Shown: one piece after another, positions 1 to 11,985 of the stretch
Position numbering within the stretch: the stretch's first letter is position 1
Layout: the number at the start of each line of letters is the position of its first letter
Origin: Felis catus
Taxonomy: Eukaryota
Assembly: GCF_018350175.1 (NCBI RefSeq)
Contig: NC_058377.1
Coordinates: 102,920,001-102,984,000 of the forward strand
Reading direction: 5' to 3'
DNA length: 64,000 nt
Notes under the pieces: model-generated
The model's input: the letters and a program-made list of their open reading frames with translations, nothing else
Told to the model about the DNA's origin: nothing
Databases searched by the model: none
Position numbers and translations under genes: made by a program

Positions 1-662
1 AGGTCTGTGACTATGAAACAAAATGAGTTTTTGCAAACTTTTCTACGAAAGGTTTCTATCGCGCAGAGATGTTGAAAATAATGTACAGTGAACTCCTTAT
101 GTCCAATACTTAGATTCTGCTATCGCTAATATTTTGCTATTTTTGCTTTATCATATATATATGTATATGTATAATATATACACATATATATGTATAATCT
201 GTTCAATTACCCATCGATCAAGTCATCCTTCGACCCACCTTATTTTCTGATGCATTTGGAAGTGAGATGCCGCTGTCAGTATCAGAACTTGTCACTCCCG
301 TAACACTTTAGAATTACGTCCTCAGTTAGGATTCAACATTGAGATTACACTTATTGCTAATGATTACATGAAGGTCATAGTTCAGTGGTCTAATTAATAA
401 AGCCCCTCAAAGTATTCTTCACACTCTAAAAGTTCACAGAGGTGCCTCGCAGGACTCACTGGAAAATGCCCACCATAACATGCCTGTCCCATTCCTCTTG
501 ACTGGAAACATACCCCATTCTTCCTTCCTCCCTGCCTGTTCTAGCCCTCACACATCACAATGTGTGCTGAGAACCCACTTGTGAATTGATATCCCTCCCA
601 CTTCCCGTAATAGCATCTGCTGTGTCTGTATCATTGATGTCGACTCTATGTTCTTACAGTTT

Positions 663-872
663 AAAAAAAATTTTTTTAATGTTTGTTTATTTTTGACAGA
701 GAGAGAGAGAGAGAGACAGAGCATGAGTAGGGGAGGGGCAGAGAGAGAGAGGGAGACCCAGAATCCGCAGCAGGCTCCAGGCTCTGACCTGTCAGCACAG
801 AGCCCAACGTGGGGCTCGAACTCACAGACCGCGAGATTGGACGCTCAACCCACTGAGCCACCCAGGCGGCCC
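663..872 (-). mobile_element. CAN-SINE with an internal deletion
   Basis: tRNA-derived head, (CT)n and A tail. 17-bp TSD ctatg(t/c)tcttacagttt at 646 and 873. Lacks the catgacctgagccgaagtc segment. Confidence 0.95.
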
Positions 873-2481
873 CTATGCTCTTACAGTTTTTGACCTCAGG
901 GAGGCAGAGCCTTGTTGTATTCCATACACAGGTGGGCAAGAAGGTTCTCCTGTACCGGGTCGCTGTGTCTGCAGCAGCTCAACCTGGGTCTGAAGACTTC
1001 CAGAGTCTGTTGGTTCTTGATCCTCACTTCTCTAACTTACAGGTGTCTCAGTCAAATGCAAGGCACTAGAAGGGAACAGACCACCCAACCCTTCATTTTC
1101 TGTTTTTATGTGATCTTTATTCCTGGAATTAAAATTATTTTCTCCCTGTCCCTTGGATTAAACAAAAACCAAGATCCCAGGTGTACGAATGATGTAAACC
1201 ATCGTGGGAGAGAAGAGGGAGGCTGACAGTATCTTACAAACAGGGCATGATTCCAGAATGCTGTGTCACCCCCGGAACTGCAATACAGCTTTGCCCTGCT
1301 ATCCGAGAGCAGAGGCTTCCTATGAAATCTTTCTTAAGCCAAAACAGCATAAAGCAAAGAAAAAAATTACCATTAATTTATACGGAAAAAATTTTTCAGC
1401 ATTCTCAGCAAGCCCAAAATAACCTCTCTTGGGCTTTTCTGATACCTTAGGACACATCTTGCTAACAGATGCACAAAATAAATCGAGACAAAGCACAGAT
1501 GCTCACAGACATTGTTCGGAGCTGTGGCGGCTTGATGCTGAGAGGCTGAGTGTGGTTCCTGGGGAGGGATCATGGCAGGGCCACTCTCCATGTTCGAGGT
1601 GCATGCTGAACGCTATTGTCACCTTTTGTCCTTTTTTTTTTGTAAACGTGAAGATCCGCTTTGGATGTCTTTCAGGTAGCAAAAGCAGGTGCGAATACAG
1701 GTCTTTCGTAAAAGTAAAGTGGGGCAACGCGAAATTTTGAAAGGTGAAGAATACCAGTAATGGGATTTTAAATTGGAAGAAGCAGCTGGAGGACCGGTCA
1801 AAGATTCAGGGAGAACGAGTACAAAGGATACTAAATTTAAGCTCACCTACAGTAAAATAAAACACATTAAAATCTCCAAAGACATTATGTGTATTTCTAG
1901 AAGACAGGATGATTTAAAATGCATATTATAATCATCATCAGAAATACTAGATCCATTCAATAGTGGCTTGTCTGGTTCTTGAAACCCAGGTTGAAAATGC
2001 ATAGCTCCAAAAGACGGACAGTTCATAAATAGCTCCCGTGTTGACTGTGTTACAGGTAGTGGCAAAAGGCAAAAGTTAAGAAAGGAGCTAGAAATCTCCG
2101 ATTGGTCATGTGAAGTTACCTCCTGATTGAAGAGACACCATTGGGTCTGTGTGAGTGAGAGCAGTGCACCAAAGAGCTGTTTGCTCTCTTGGAATCTTCC
2201 AGAAGGCAGGAAGCACACCATGAATTGAAAGGAACTGCTAAGAGAATGAGCTGCTAGATATAAGGAGACAACTTATGCTCTTTCTGATGAGATTCTAAGC
2301 AGGCAGTTAAGGCTGCTGTTTAAGAAGAAGGGGCCAACTGAGCTGTCTCTAGGGACTAGTGGCCACAGAGCCCCAGTGTCGTATATGGGACTTTTCCTCT
2401 ATAGAGAGAGTTCAGGGAAAGTTAAGAAAAATGTCCTAAGGTATCCACTTATGTATGGAAGGGCAGACATGGTTAAATTAG

Positions 2482-2704
2482 TTTTTTTTTAAGTTCATTT
2501 ATTTATTTTGAGAGAGAGAGAGAGAGAGAGAGTGCATGTGTGTGCAAGGGAGGGGTAGAGACAGAGGGAAAGAGAGAATCCCAAGCAGGCTCCACACTGT
2601 CAGTACAGAGCCCAATGTGGGGCTCGATCTCATGAACCGTGAGATCATGACCTGAGCCGAAATCAAGAGTCGGATGCTTAACCAGCTGAGCCACCTGGTA
2701 TCCC
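2482..2704 (-). mobile_element. CAN-SINE
   Basis: Head, (CT)n and tail structure. Confidence 0.95.
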
Positions 2705-2725
2705 AAATTACATATTAAAGAGAAT

Positions 2726-2894
2726 CTTTTTAAGTTTTATTTATTTATTTTGAGAGATACAGAGACAACACAAGTGGGGGAAAAGAAGACAGAGAGGGAG
2801 AGACATGAGGGCTCGAACTCATGAAACCTTGAGATTATAACCTGAATCGAAACCAAGAGTTGGACGCTTAACTGACTGAGCCACCCAGGCACCT
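2726..2894 (-). mobile_element. CAN-SINE (internally shortened)
   Basis: Head and tail present, middle missing. Confidence 0.9.
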
Positions 2895-3033
2895 CAAGTT
2901 AAGTATTTTTAAAGAATAGTTGATAATATGAAGGTTACCTGGTTGTAAATAGGTGTTAGTATTTCCTTACATCTTGCTATATCTTGTGTGGAAGTCATTA
3001 AAATAAAGCAAATTGTGATTCTTTTTATTATTT

Positions 3034-3243
3034 AATTTTTTTTAATGTTTGTTTATTCTTTGTGAGAAAGAGAGAAAGCAGGAGCGGGGGAGGGCCAGAG
3101 AGAGGGAGACACAGAATCTGAAGCAGGCTCCAGGTTCTGAGCTGTCAGCAGAGATCCCGACGCGGGGCTCAAACTCATGAACCATGAGACCATGACCTGA
3201 GCCGAAGTCGGCCCCTTAACCAACGGAGCCACCCAAACGCTCC
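3034..3243 (-). mobile_element. CAN-SINE
   Basis: Full structure. Confidence 0.95.
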
Positions 3244-3255
3244 TAGTTATTTTAA

Positions 3256-3485
3256 TTTTTTTTTTTTTATAAATTTTTTTTTCAACGTTTATTTATTTTT
3301 GGGACAGAGAGAGACAGAGCATGAACGGGGGAGGGGCAGAGAGAGAGGGAGACACAGAATCAGAAACAGGCTCCAGGCTCTGAGCCATCAGCCCAGAGCC
3401 TGACGCGGGGCTTGAACTCCCGGACCGCAAGATCGTGACCTGGCTGAAGTCGGACGCTTAACCGACTGTGCCACCAAGGTGCCCC
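3256..3485 (-). mobile_element. CAN-SINE (young SINEC_Fc type), tandem to the previous one
   Basis: TSD cctagttatttt on both sides. Confidence 0.95.
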
Positions 3486-4458
3486 TAGTTATTTTAATTT
3501 TAAAAGTCCCATTTTAACAGAAAATACATAGTTGAGGATTAATCATTAAAATATGCATAGGGAACACTAGGCTATTTAGACCAGAAAACACCATCTGTGG
3601 GACAGTCTTGAATGTGGCTGTAATACCTAAAAGGAGAATAAAAAAAAGGTCTGGGCAGATAACCTTGGATATCCAACTCAAGAAGTGGGTAGTGAGTATA
3701 ATACCCTACCCAAACACTCCTGGTCTCATGCCTGGCGCTCAGCTGGATGCTCCCCCTCACCCTTCTCAGGTAGTTTCCTCCAAGGAGAACTCTAATACCA
3801 TAAGCGAGGTCCTCCAGGAGCTATCAAAGAATGGACTTATTGGTATTATGGCCTCTCTGCTGGGTTCTGGACACACTCCTCACATTTTTTGCTCCAGCCC
3901 TGAAAGCGGAGTCCTGGGGACCACACTTTCCAGTCCAGGAGGTGGGGGAAGAAAGGCCACAGCTCTTCCAGAGGCAGGTAGGACAGGAGCGATAAGGCAT
4001 GACTTGTGAGGTGTCAAAAAGGGGCCCGATTCCCTCTCAAAACCCCTTTCTTTGCTTTCAGTTCCTTTGCTGGAAATCACCTCGTGTGGCTTTCTTTTCT
4101 GGGGACCTTCGGGTGATGGAAAGAAGGCTGGGTGGTGACTGACACTAGCCAGTGGCATGTCCTTCCTTAAGGGAGTTCCCAATTCTGTACCTCAAGTTTC
4201 TCCACCTGAAAACCTGGGGAAAGGCTAGAATAAGAGAATTCTAAGAGCCCCTTTGTGGTCTGGCATTCTGTATGACTGGGCTTTAACTCTGTGAAAGTGT
4301 AAATTGTTTGAGAAGAGGACCCACATTATGCGTTGCCAGCCACTTTGTCCAGCCTGGGTCAGGACAAATGAGCGCCCAAGTCTAGGTGACAGAGAAGTAC
4401 AGGAATGAGTGCTTAGGTCAAGGAAGCTGGAGTGGCCTGAGATGAACTCTGAACACTT

Positions 4459-4522
4459 TTTCATTTGGGATTTCTGAAAGTGAATCATCTCCCTTCTCAT
4501 AGGTGGTCAGGCATAAAGCTTA
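4459..4522 (+). repeat. Left copy of a 64/68-bp direct repeat flanking the LTR
   Basis: Matches 5242-5309 with 4 substitutions and one 4-bp indel. Confidence 0.9.
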
Positions 4523-4527
4523 CATGG

Positions 4528-5239
4528 TGTGAGAAATGAGTCCACCGACCCAATCGAAGGAGGGACGCAGAAACTCAGAGTACAGTGGAGTGAGGCTTTA
4601 ATCAACATTCCTGTGAGAGCAGGTGTCTGATGGACAGGCACACCTGGGGCAGTTACAGCAGACAATTTATCTCCTAGCATGAAGTCCCGCCCCCGTTTCC
4701 TCATTGGCTGAGTACTACAGAAGTTACAGCCTTACCTGGACATCGCCTATGCCCATTGGAACAAATGTACATTCCCTGAGGTGATGCAGAGACTTTCAGT
4801 CCTTCTTCCCTTTGCTCTTTGGCTCATGCTCATTGCAAAGCCCATGAAAATAAGCCGGAGAAACGGAGAGGGGAAGAAGAACCAGGAAGTGAAGTGTCTA
4901 AGGGTTCGGTACTCCATTGTTTTTGTTTGTTTGTTTGTTTTTTGGTTTTAAAAAAAAGTTTTTTTTAACACTTATTTTTTTTTGAGAGACAGAGAAGGGG
5001 TGGGGGAGGAGCAGAGGAAGAGGGAGGCAAAGAATCCGAAGCAGGTTCCAGGCTCTGAGCTGTCAGCACAGAGCCTGACACGGGGCTCGCACTCATGAAC
5101 CGTGAGATCATGGCCTGAGCTGAAGTCGGATGCTTAACCCACTGAGCCACCCAGGCACCCCGGGACTCCATTGTTGGGGGGAGGGTGGTTCATCCATATT
5201 TCCAGTAGGTTGCAAACTTGCTGTTAACTAGACAGCACA
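4528..5239 (-). mobile_element. Solo ERV LTR (carnivore type) interrupted by a SINE
   Basis: Minus strand runs TG...tttctcaCA, with a CCAAT box (agccaatgagg), GC box (gggcggga), TATA-like gagataaa and ATTAAA in U3-R-U5 order. Confidence 0.75.
4921..5161 (-). mobile_element. CAN-SINE inside the LTR
   Basis: TSD actccattgtt. Confidence 0.95.
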
Positions 5240-5241
5240 GC

Positions 5242-5309
5242 TTTCATTTGGTATTTCTGAAAGTGAACCATCTCCCCTACTTCTCATAGGTGGTCGGCCA
5301 TAAAGCTTA
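5242..5309 (+). repeat. Right copy of the 64/68-bp direct repeat flanking the LTR
   Basis: Matches 4459-4522. Confidence 0.9.
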
Positions 5310-7149
5310 AAGACATTCCCAAACAGAACTTGTCTTTCCAATGCCTTGTTGATGGCAGTTAGATCTGCAGGCAGGATGGAAAGCTGAAGGCTTATACACC
5401 AGCGCCGGACACATCTGCTTCCAGCTGTGCCGCCTCTTGCTTCCCCCAGTCACTGCTTAGTCACCACCTCTGAGGGATCCCCCGAAGTCCAGGGGCCTCA
5501 GGAATTTCTCGGGTTCTCCTGATCTTAGTGTGGTAAAAATCTCTTCTTTCGTGTTCCCAAACTAGCATCCCTTCTCGTCTGGGAATCTGACCCTGAGTTC
5601 ACATGGGCATTTCCACATCTTTCTGGGCTCCACCGACTGGCCCTGAGGTAGGCGCCTTGTCCCTTGGCCATATGACCTCCGAGATCTTTCTTGGAATTTT
5701 TCTTTTAACTTGGCACCAGAAAAGGTGATTTTCATCTTTTTTGTGGTGGGAAGGCTGGGGCATGTGAGGTGTGGACATAACCAGAGGCCATTTGTTTTTC
5801 TACTTTGTGGAAAGACCAAAGCTGACATTCACAGACGGTCACGGACCATAGAAAAATTCCTGATGTCATGAGCGTTACCAGGTCCAGTTGTCCCTAAGTT
5901 CTGGCTGCACCCTTCCCTGCATTTCCTGAGGTTTTGAGAGTCTTGGGGTGAATTCATCTGTGTGTTCCAGTCACGTTGGGTGCTGGGCTTTTGTCCCCAT
6001 GACTAAGAAGACCTCATCAAGATGCCCCAGAGACTGGAAGTATTCCCGTTTTAGGATTTCATTCTCCACACTTGTGAGGAGCTGGACTGGACCCCTAAAG
6101 TCCTCTGGCTCCATCATTTGGGGAAGTTCAGATATAGAAGCTCTAAGAAAACTTCAAGACAACTTATAAAGGAAACAGTGGAAGAAGCTTGTCTCAGGCT
6201 GCAAACCCCTGACAGAATTTGGCGGGGAGAAAGGGCGGATACGCATTTTTAAGAATTAGAACTGAATCAAGAAGCATTCGCTTGATTATCTGGTCATCTT
6301 CTGTTTGGGGCCTCCTCTGTATTTGGGGGAAGTAAGGGGCCACTGGGTAAGGTGCCAGTTAACCCGTTTGGCCTTAAATTATGGATTGGGAATCAAGTGA
6401 ACTGATCCAACCATTGACTGTCTTCCTATTTGGAGACTACGGCCTGTTTGCCTGTGAATTGGAAAGAAGTCATTTGGCTTCTAATGTCCCCTGTAGTTCT
6501 AGCATCTTATGGGTGCCTCTGAAAATCCGGCAGTTCTGTAATATGTAAAGGGAGGATTGGGACACCCATGATGAACTGTAACATCAGGATAAATGCTTCC
6601 AAAGCCAATTTAAGGGCCCTAGACGGTCCTCAACCTTGAACTGGCATGAGATCCATCCACGTATGGATGGGGGATGATAACAGAGCTGAGGATATATCCT
6701 CCTTACACCAAAACCTACTGTCCTTCCTAATGCTTCCTCCAGACTATGAGGCAGGACTCCTTGGCTACAAGGAACAGATATCCACTTTAGTTCAAGAAAA
6801 GAGCCTTTTGGAAGAAGAGAGGGTTAACCCTGGCAATCAACTCAGGTTGAGCTTTCTCCTCCTCCAATGATCTATGCTTACAAGGGTGAGGCCAGAGGGG
6901 GCTGAGGGCGATGCTGAGTCCATCCTTCCTCCGTGGCTGTTGAGTAATACCTTTTAGAAGGAGCAGCGGCCTGGACAAGTACCCCAAGAATTTTCTACCA
7001 CAGTCTCCTCACTCTGCAAGGTAGGTCCCATCTCCAAGCCCTGTCCCTTCTTTTTAAAAGGTTAGAAAGAAAGTAGAGATGTAGAAGGCAGAACTCGCCA
7101 ACTATTCCCAAATATAGGGGTCTAGAGACATCCGCACGAGGGTTTGCAA

Positions 7150-7345
7150 TAGAGTACAGGAGTTCATCGTGTGCATTCTGGAGCCAGGCTGCTCAGGCTC
7201 AAATCCTAGCTCTGCCCCTCACTTTGGCACCATTGGCAATCTACTCCAACTGTCTGTGCCTACATGTTCTCATCCCCTTAAAATGGGGCCAATAATAGTA
7301 CCTAACTCATAAGGTTGTTTTGTGGATTCAATCAACTAATACATC
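7150..7345. mobile_element. MIR (further MIR cores near 10220-10380, 12760-12960, 17400-17540, 37590-37900, 47600-47830, 52280-52500, 54680-54800)
   Basis: MIR core motifs such as tcaaatcctagctctg, aaaatggggccaataatagtaccta and gaggaaattgaggttcagagaggttaagtg. Confidence 0.75.
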
Positions 7346-8370
7346 TATCTATCTATCTATCTATCATCTATCAGCATGAGCATCATCATCTGTCATCCTC
7401 TATCATCGTAGAAGAGTCAACTGGCATATAGGAAACAGCTTGCGTGGTCTTTGCTATTATTCTATTGGATATCCCTATCACATGTTGGCTTAGCCACCGC
7501 CATGCCCTGAATCTCTAGATCGGGAAACAAATGTCGGTCAAATCAGTAGTTCTAGAAACAAACCTCTAAACTCCCTTTACTGTAGCTGTATAGGCTCCGC
7601 TACTCACAAATGTGAAATTTTGGTCCATAACTTTTGAGCTTCATTCTGCTTTCTTTCTGGGGCTGGCCTCATGATGACTGAATTGTCTGAATAATTACCT
7701 GATAATGGTTTAAAATTCTACCAGAGCTTCCTGAAAGTGGGCTTCTGATGGTCTCAGCAGCCATCACAGCGGGGATGGAGTGAGGTGGAATCACTATTGT
7801 TTCTGAAGCAGAACTACAGATGCTCAGCCACCGGACCCTCTTCGGGACTGAAGGAAAAGTCTTTTTTTAAAAAGCTCCTGAGGGAACGATCTGGAGGGAT
7901 TTTACTCCCTGCCTGACCCCCTACCAATCCCTTTCACAGTAGGAGCGATTGCTTTTGGGCAAGCCAGTCTGCACAGACTTAAAGGAGCCAGATTTCGAGA
8001 TGGTGAGTCATCAGGAGATGCCTTTTCTTGGAATGATTATTGGCTGTTTGGCGTTTGGTCAATTGCTGAGCTTTTTCAGAGCTGTACTGCCTCAGGCACA
8101 CCCATCCCTGGGAACTCTGACTCTGCAGGATGCTAATCTGCTTTCACTGAAAAAGAGGTTTTGTGGTCAAATATTTGGGGGAAATGGTGGGCTAAGAAAG
8201 GTGACAAGGCTTCTTAATTACAGGACCTCATAGATCGTTTAATACACTGCTAGGCGATATGAGTTTCCACACTGAAGATACAGGATGCAGTGATTTCCAA
8301 ACTTGTGAGAACAGTATACCTCTTTTCCTCCCTGGACCCCCCTGGGAAGCCTGTTAACAAGGAAGGTGTT

Positions 8371-8597
8371 GGGGCGCCTGGGGGGCTCAGTCCATTAAGC
8401 GTCCGGCTCTTGATTTCTGCTCAGGTCATGATCTCACGGTTCGTGGGTTCGAGCCCCCGCGTCAGGCTCTGCCCTGAGGGGACGGAGCCTGCTTGGGATT
8501 CTGTCTCTTTCCCTCTTGCTGCCCCTCCTCTGCTCATGTACTCTCTGTCTCTCTCTCAAAATAAATAAATAAACTTGAAGAAAAAAAACAAACAAAC
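8371..8597 (+). mobile_element. CAN-SINE
   Basis: ggggcgcctg head, (CT)n and A tail. Confidence 0.95.
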
Positions 8598-9980
8598 TAA
8601 GGTAGATGTCTGTACCCCATGACAAAAGAACTGTATCAGAATCTCTGGAGGCAGGATGATAGTATTCATGCTTTAAATAAATTCCCTGGGCCATTCTTAT
8701 GCACCAGGAGAACCAGTTTGAGAACCAGCATCTGGAGGAGAGATCGATCACCACTAAGAATTTGTTCAGTTTGCCTGGTAGAAGTCTGTTCACGACTCAC
8801 ACACACCTCGTGACTCGCCATTTGCACAATTCTCTTTCTGCCAAACGGCGAAATTTCAGAATCGCCAATTTCAGCATGTCTTGGCATCGGGGAACAAAGG
8901 CTTGTGCTTCCAAAAACGGTCAGAGATGCCTAGAGTGGCAGTGGGCAAAGCCTTTGACAAAATTCCCAATAGAGATACAGGAAAACTTCAAAAAAGTACA
9001 TTCCTTTTGGTACAAGGCAGAAATGAGACAAGACCAGGAACGAGCCTTGTCAGATGCTGCTGAGTGATGGCAGGACAGGAGATGGGGCTTTTGGAGTTTG
9101 AAATCACAGAGAAATCCTCAAAGATATTAGACACCTCGTTAGAAGTCACATGAAGATAAATTGCCCCTCCCTGGAGACTCCCCTTGGGGACCAATTCAGG
9201 CATGATGCTGGGGCAGTGAATATAGGGAGCACTGTCAGCCAAGGTCTACTGGTGGATCAGAAGCTCAGGGAGAGAGGCTGGTGCCCTAGCCCTGCTATGC
9301 CGTCCGAGTCTGAAGACAGTCCCAGGAAGCTCCAGAGTCAGGGATTTATTGTTTTGTCAAGGTGAGAAGAAAGAGAGGGGCTCCATGAAGTGAGAGCAGA
9401 CATAGAGGTCTGGAAGCCAACTTACCGCCCCCGAGTTGCTATGATTATGGACTCATGCTGTATTGTTGTTTAGTGAAAGGGAACAAAGACAGGGTAATTG
9501 AAGTCCAGAGGGGAAAAATGACTTGCGTAGGGTCACGCATCTTGTGTGGATGAATCAGAACACAGGTCTCTTCTGCATTGGCAGGTCCCATGGCTTCCAG
9601 ATCTAATTTCTGTTCTTTGTTATTTTCCCTAATGGATCAGCTCAGTATTGGCCTGGCTGCTGGTGCATCAGGGAATGAAACAGGATCGAAGTCCTCCTTT
9701 ACAGCCCTGCTTTAGAACCCTAAAGATTCCAAATCCCTTAGCTGAGATCCCACCAACAGCGCTTAGATACCAGACTGCAGAAGTGTTTCTGCTTTCTAAT
9801 TTGGATGCTTGTCTATGAGCAAACTACTGCGTTTTCCAGGACTGTGTGAACAACCAAACAATGCTTATGGAGTTTTGTTAGGTGCTGAAAAGAGCTTATG
9901 TTTGTTGTTTTGATTCCAAGGTTATTGCTAGTACTTACAAAAAGCAACAAATGAAAACTCCTTAATAAGCCAGGCAGCCA

Positions 9981-9994
9981 ACCCTAATTAGGGT
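9981..9994. promoter_or_regulatory. 14-bp perfect palindrome centred on a TAATTA homeodomain site
   Basis: ACCCTAATTAGGGT is self-complementary and lies about 620 bp upstream of the OR9Q2 ATG. Confidence 0.35.
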
Positions 9995-10614
9995 AACAGC
10001 TATTTGTTAAACATGCCTGCTTTTAGACTGAGAATAGAAATCTTCCTTCCTACAGTCAGAGTCCATTGCTGATTGCTAATATGCTTTTTTTTTTTTTTTT
10101 TCGGTTCATGCTCCTTTGTTCAATAGAATATAAATTTTCCTTCCTTAAAACATTCATTTACAATTTTAAATAGCTACTATATATACGTGGAGTGCTTTTA
10201 GCTTTCCTGTACACTTTTGCATCTGTTTTAATCTATGCATTAACGTTATCTCTTAAGTAGGGCAGATATTATGATCCCCTTCTGGCAGAGGAGGAAATTG
10301 AGGTTCAGAGAGGTTAAGTGCCTTGTATAAGATCAAACAGCTAATTGGAGACAGAGTTGCAAATACAAGGGTTGACTTGAAAGTCAGATAAGCACTTGCT
10401 GTCTGTTCTTAGTGTAATAGAGGTGTTCATCAGTTTTCTCTTCTAATGAGCTCTGTTATTTGTCCATTTCCACTTAAACTGCAAGGTTTGTTCAAGTCTG
10501 GTGTCTCCCGCCAGACACCCAATTTAAAGCCTTCTTGCTGGAAATGACTTGTGCGTGTCTTCAGGTTCCCCTCACCTGGCTCTTGTCCATCTTCGCAGGT
10601 AAACCGCCGGATGG

Positions 10615-11559
10615 ATGGCTGGGAGGAATGACACTGTAGTGACCGAGTTCTTCCTCACTGCGTTCCCAGAGCATCCCGAGTGGGGGCTCCCTCTCTTCCT
10701 GGTGTTTTTGAGTTTCTATCTCCTCACTCTGCTGGGGAACACGGGAATGGTCATCCTGATCCGTGTGGATGGCCGGCTGCACACCCCGATGTACTTCTTC
10801 CTTGGCCACCTTTCCTTCGTGGACATCTGCTACTCGTCCGTCACGGTCCCCCAGATGCTGGCCATGCTGCTGGAGCGTGGGGCAGTTCTGTCCTACACAC
10901 GCTGTGCCGCTCAGTTCTTCCTCTTCACCTTCTTTGCTTCCATCGACTGCTACCTCCTGGCAATCATGGCCTATGACCGCTACGTGGCCGTGTGCCGGCC
11001 CCTGCTTTATGTCACCGTCATGACCGAGAAGGCCCGCTGGGGCTTACTGGCTGCAGCTTATGCGGCTGGTTTCTCCAGTGCCTTTGTTCGGACGGTCACA
11101 GCCTTCACCCTCTCCTTCTGTGGAACCAATGAGATCGACTTTATTTTCTGTGATCTCCCTCCCCTGTTAAAGCTGACCTGTGGGGACAGCTACACCCAGG
11201 AGGTGGTCATTATTGTGTTTGCCATTTTTGTCATGCCTCTTTGTGTATTGGTGATCTTGGTGTCCTACGTGTTTATCATCGTGGCCATCATGAGGATCCG
11301 CTCTGCGGGAGGCCGGGCCAAGACCTTCTCCACGTGTGCCTCCCACCTCACGGCCGTGTCACTCTTCTTCGGCACTCTCATCTTCATGTACCTCCGAGAC
11401 AACTCGGGCCAGTCCTCGGAGGAGGACCGAGCGGTGTCAGTGCTCTACACAGTGGTGACCCCCATGCTGAACCCCTTCATCTATAGCCTGAGGAATAAGG
11501 AGGTAAAGGAGGCGGTTGTGAAAGCCCTGAGCAGGTCAAAGTCTCGTGGAAGGCCCTAG
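10615..11559 (+). CDS. OR9Q2: Olfactory receptor family 9 subfamily Q member 2, intact, 314 aa
   Basis: Full OR motif set ([46 protein letters not shown]) and N-glycosylation site NDT. Sequence matches recalled OR9Q2 (QFFLFTFFASIDCYLLAIMAYDR, GDSYTQEVVIIVFA). Splice acceptor ttcgcAG at 10597-10598. Confidence 0.95.
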   Translation: MAGRNDTVVTEFFLTAFPEHPEWGLPLFLVFLSFYLLTLLGNTGMVILIRVDGRLHTPMYFFLGHLSFVDICYSSVTVPQMLAMLLERGAVLSYTRCAAQFFLFTFFASIDCYLLAIMAYDRYVAVCRPLLYVTVMTEKARWGLLAAAYAAGFSSAFVRTVTAFTLSFCGTNEIDFIFCDLPPLLKLTCGDSYTQEVVIIVFAIFVMPLCVLVILVSYVFIIVAIMRIRSAGGRAKTFSTCASHLTAVSLFFGTLIFMYLRDNSGQSSEEDRAVSVLYTVVTPMLNPFIYSLRNKEVKEAVVKALSRSKSRGRP

Positions 11560-11948
11560 AGGGACTCTTGCTAAGTACGTCATTCCTTTGTTTCCCTGTC
11601 CTTTCTGTCTATCCTCAACTTCCACCAACTGGGGAGACTTTCCCAGACAACCCTACTTCGAATTGCACCCGAACTTCCCACCTCCACTTTCAGATTTATT
11701 ATTCTATGTCATACTTGTCACCATCCAATGCCCGATGTGCTACACATGTGATATTGTCTAATTCTCACAAACTAAAAGGTAAACTACACGAGAGGAGGCG
11801 TTTTTATCTGTGAAATCCACTTCTGTGCAGTCAGTGCCTCGCCAAGCACCTAGCACATCAAAAACACCCAACAAGTATTTGTCGAATAAACATATTCATC
11901 TCTGGTTCCAGTGTCTACCTTTCGGTTCCAACTTCCTCGTCCTCAGTT

Positions 11949-11985
<37 letters not shown>

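Noticed and set aside
648-939. Many 60-150-aa ORFs containing AQSVKRPTSAQV, ERERE or SLSLS
   Set aside because: Translations of CAN-SINEs and their microsatellites.
5948-9067. Short peptide resemblances to GVIN1/VLIG, SPATA31/FAM205, FAM111 or V2R proteins
   Set aside because: Matches of only 4-6 residues against remembered sequences, not collinear in order or spacing, and expected by chance against long proteins.
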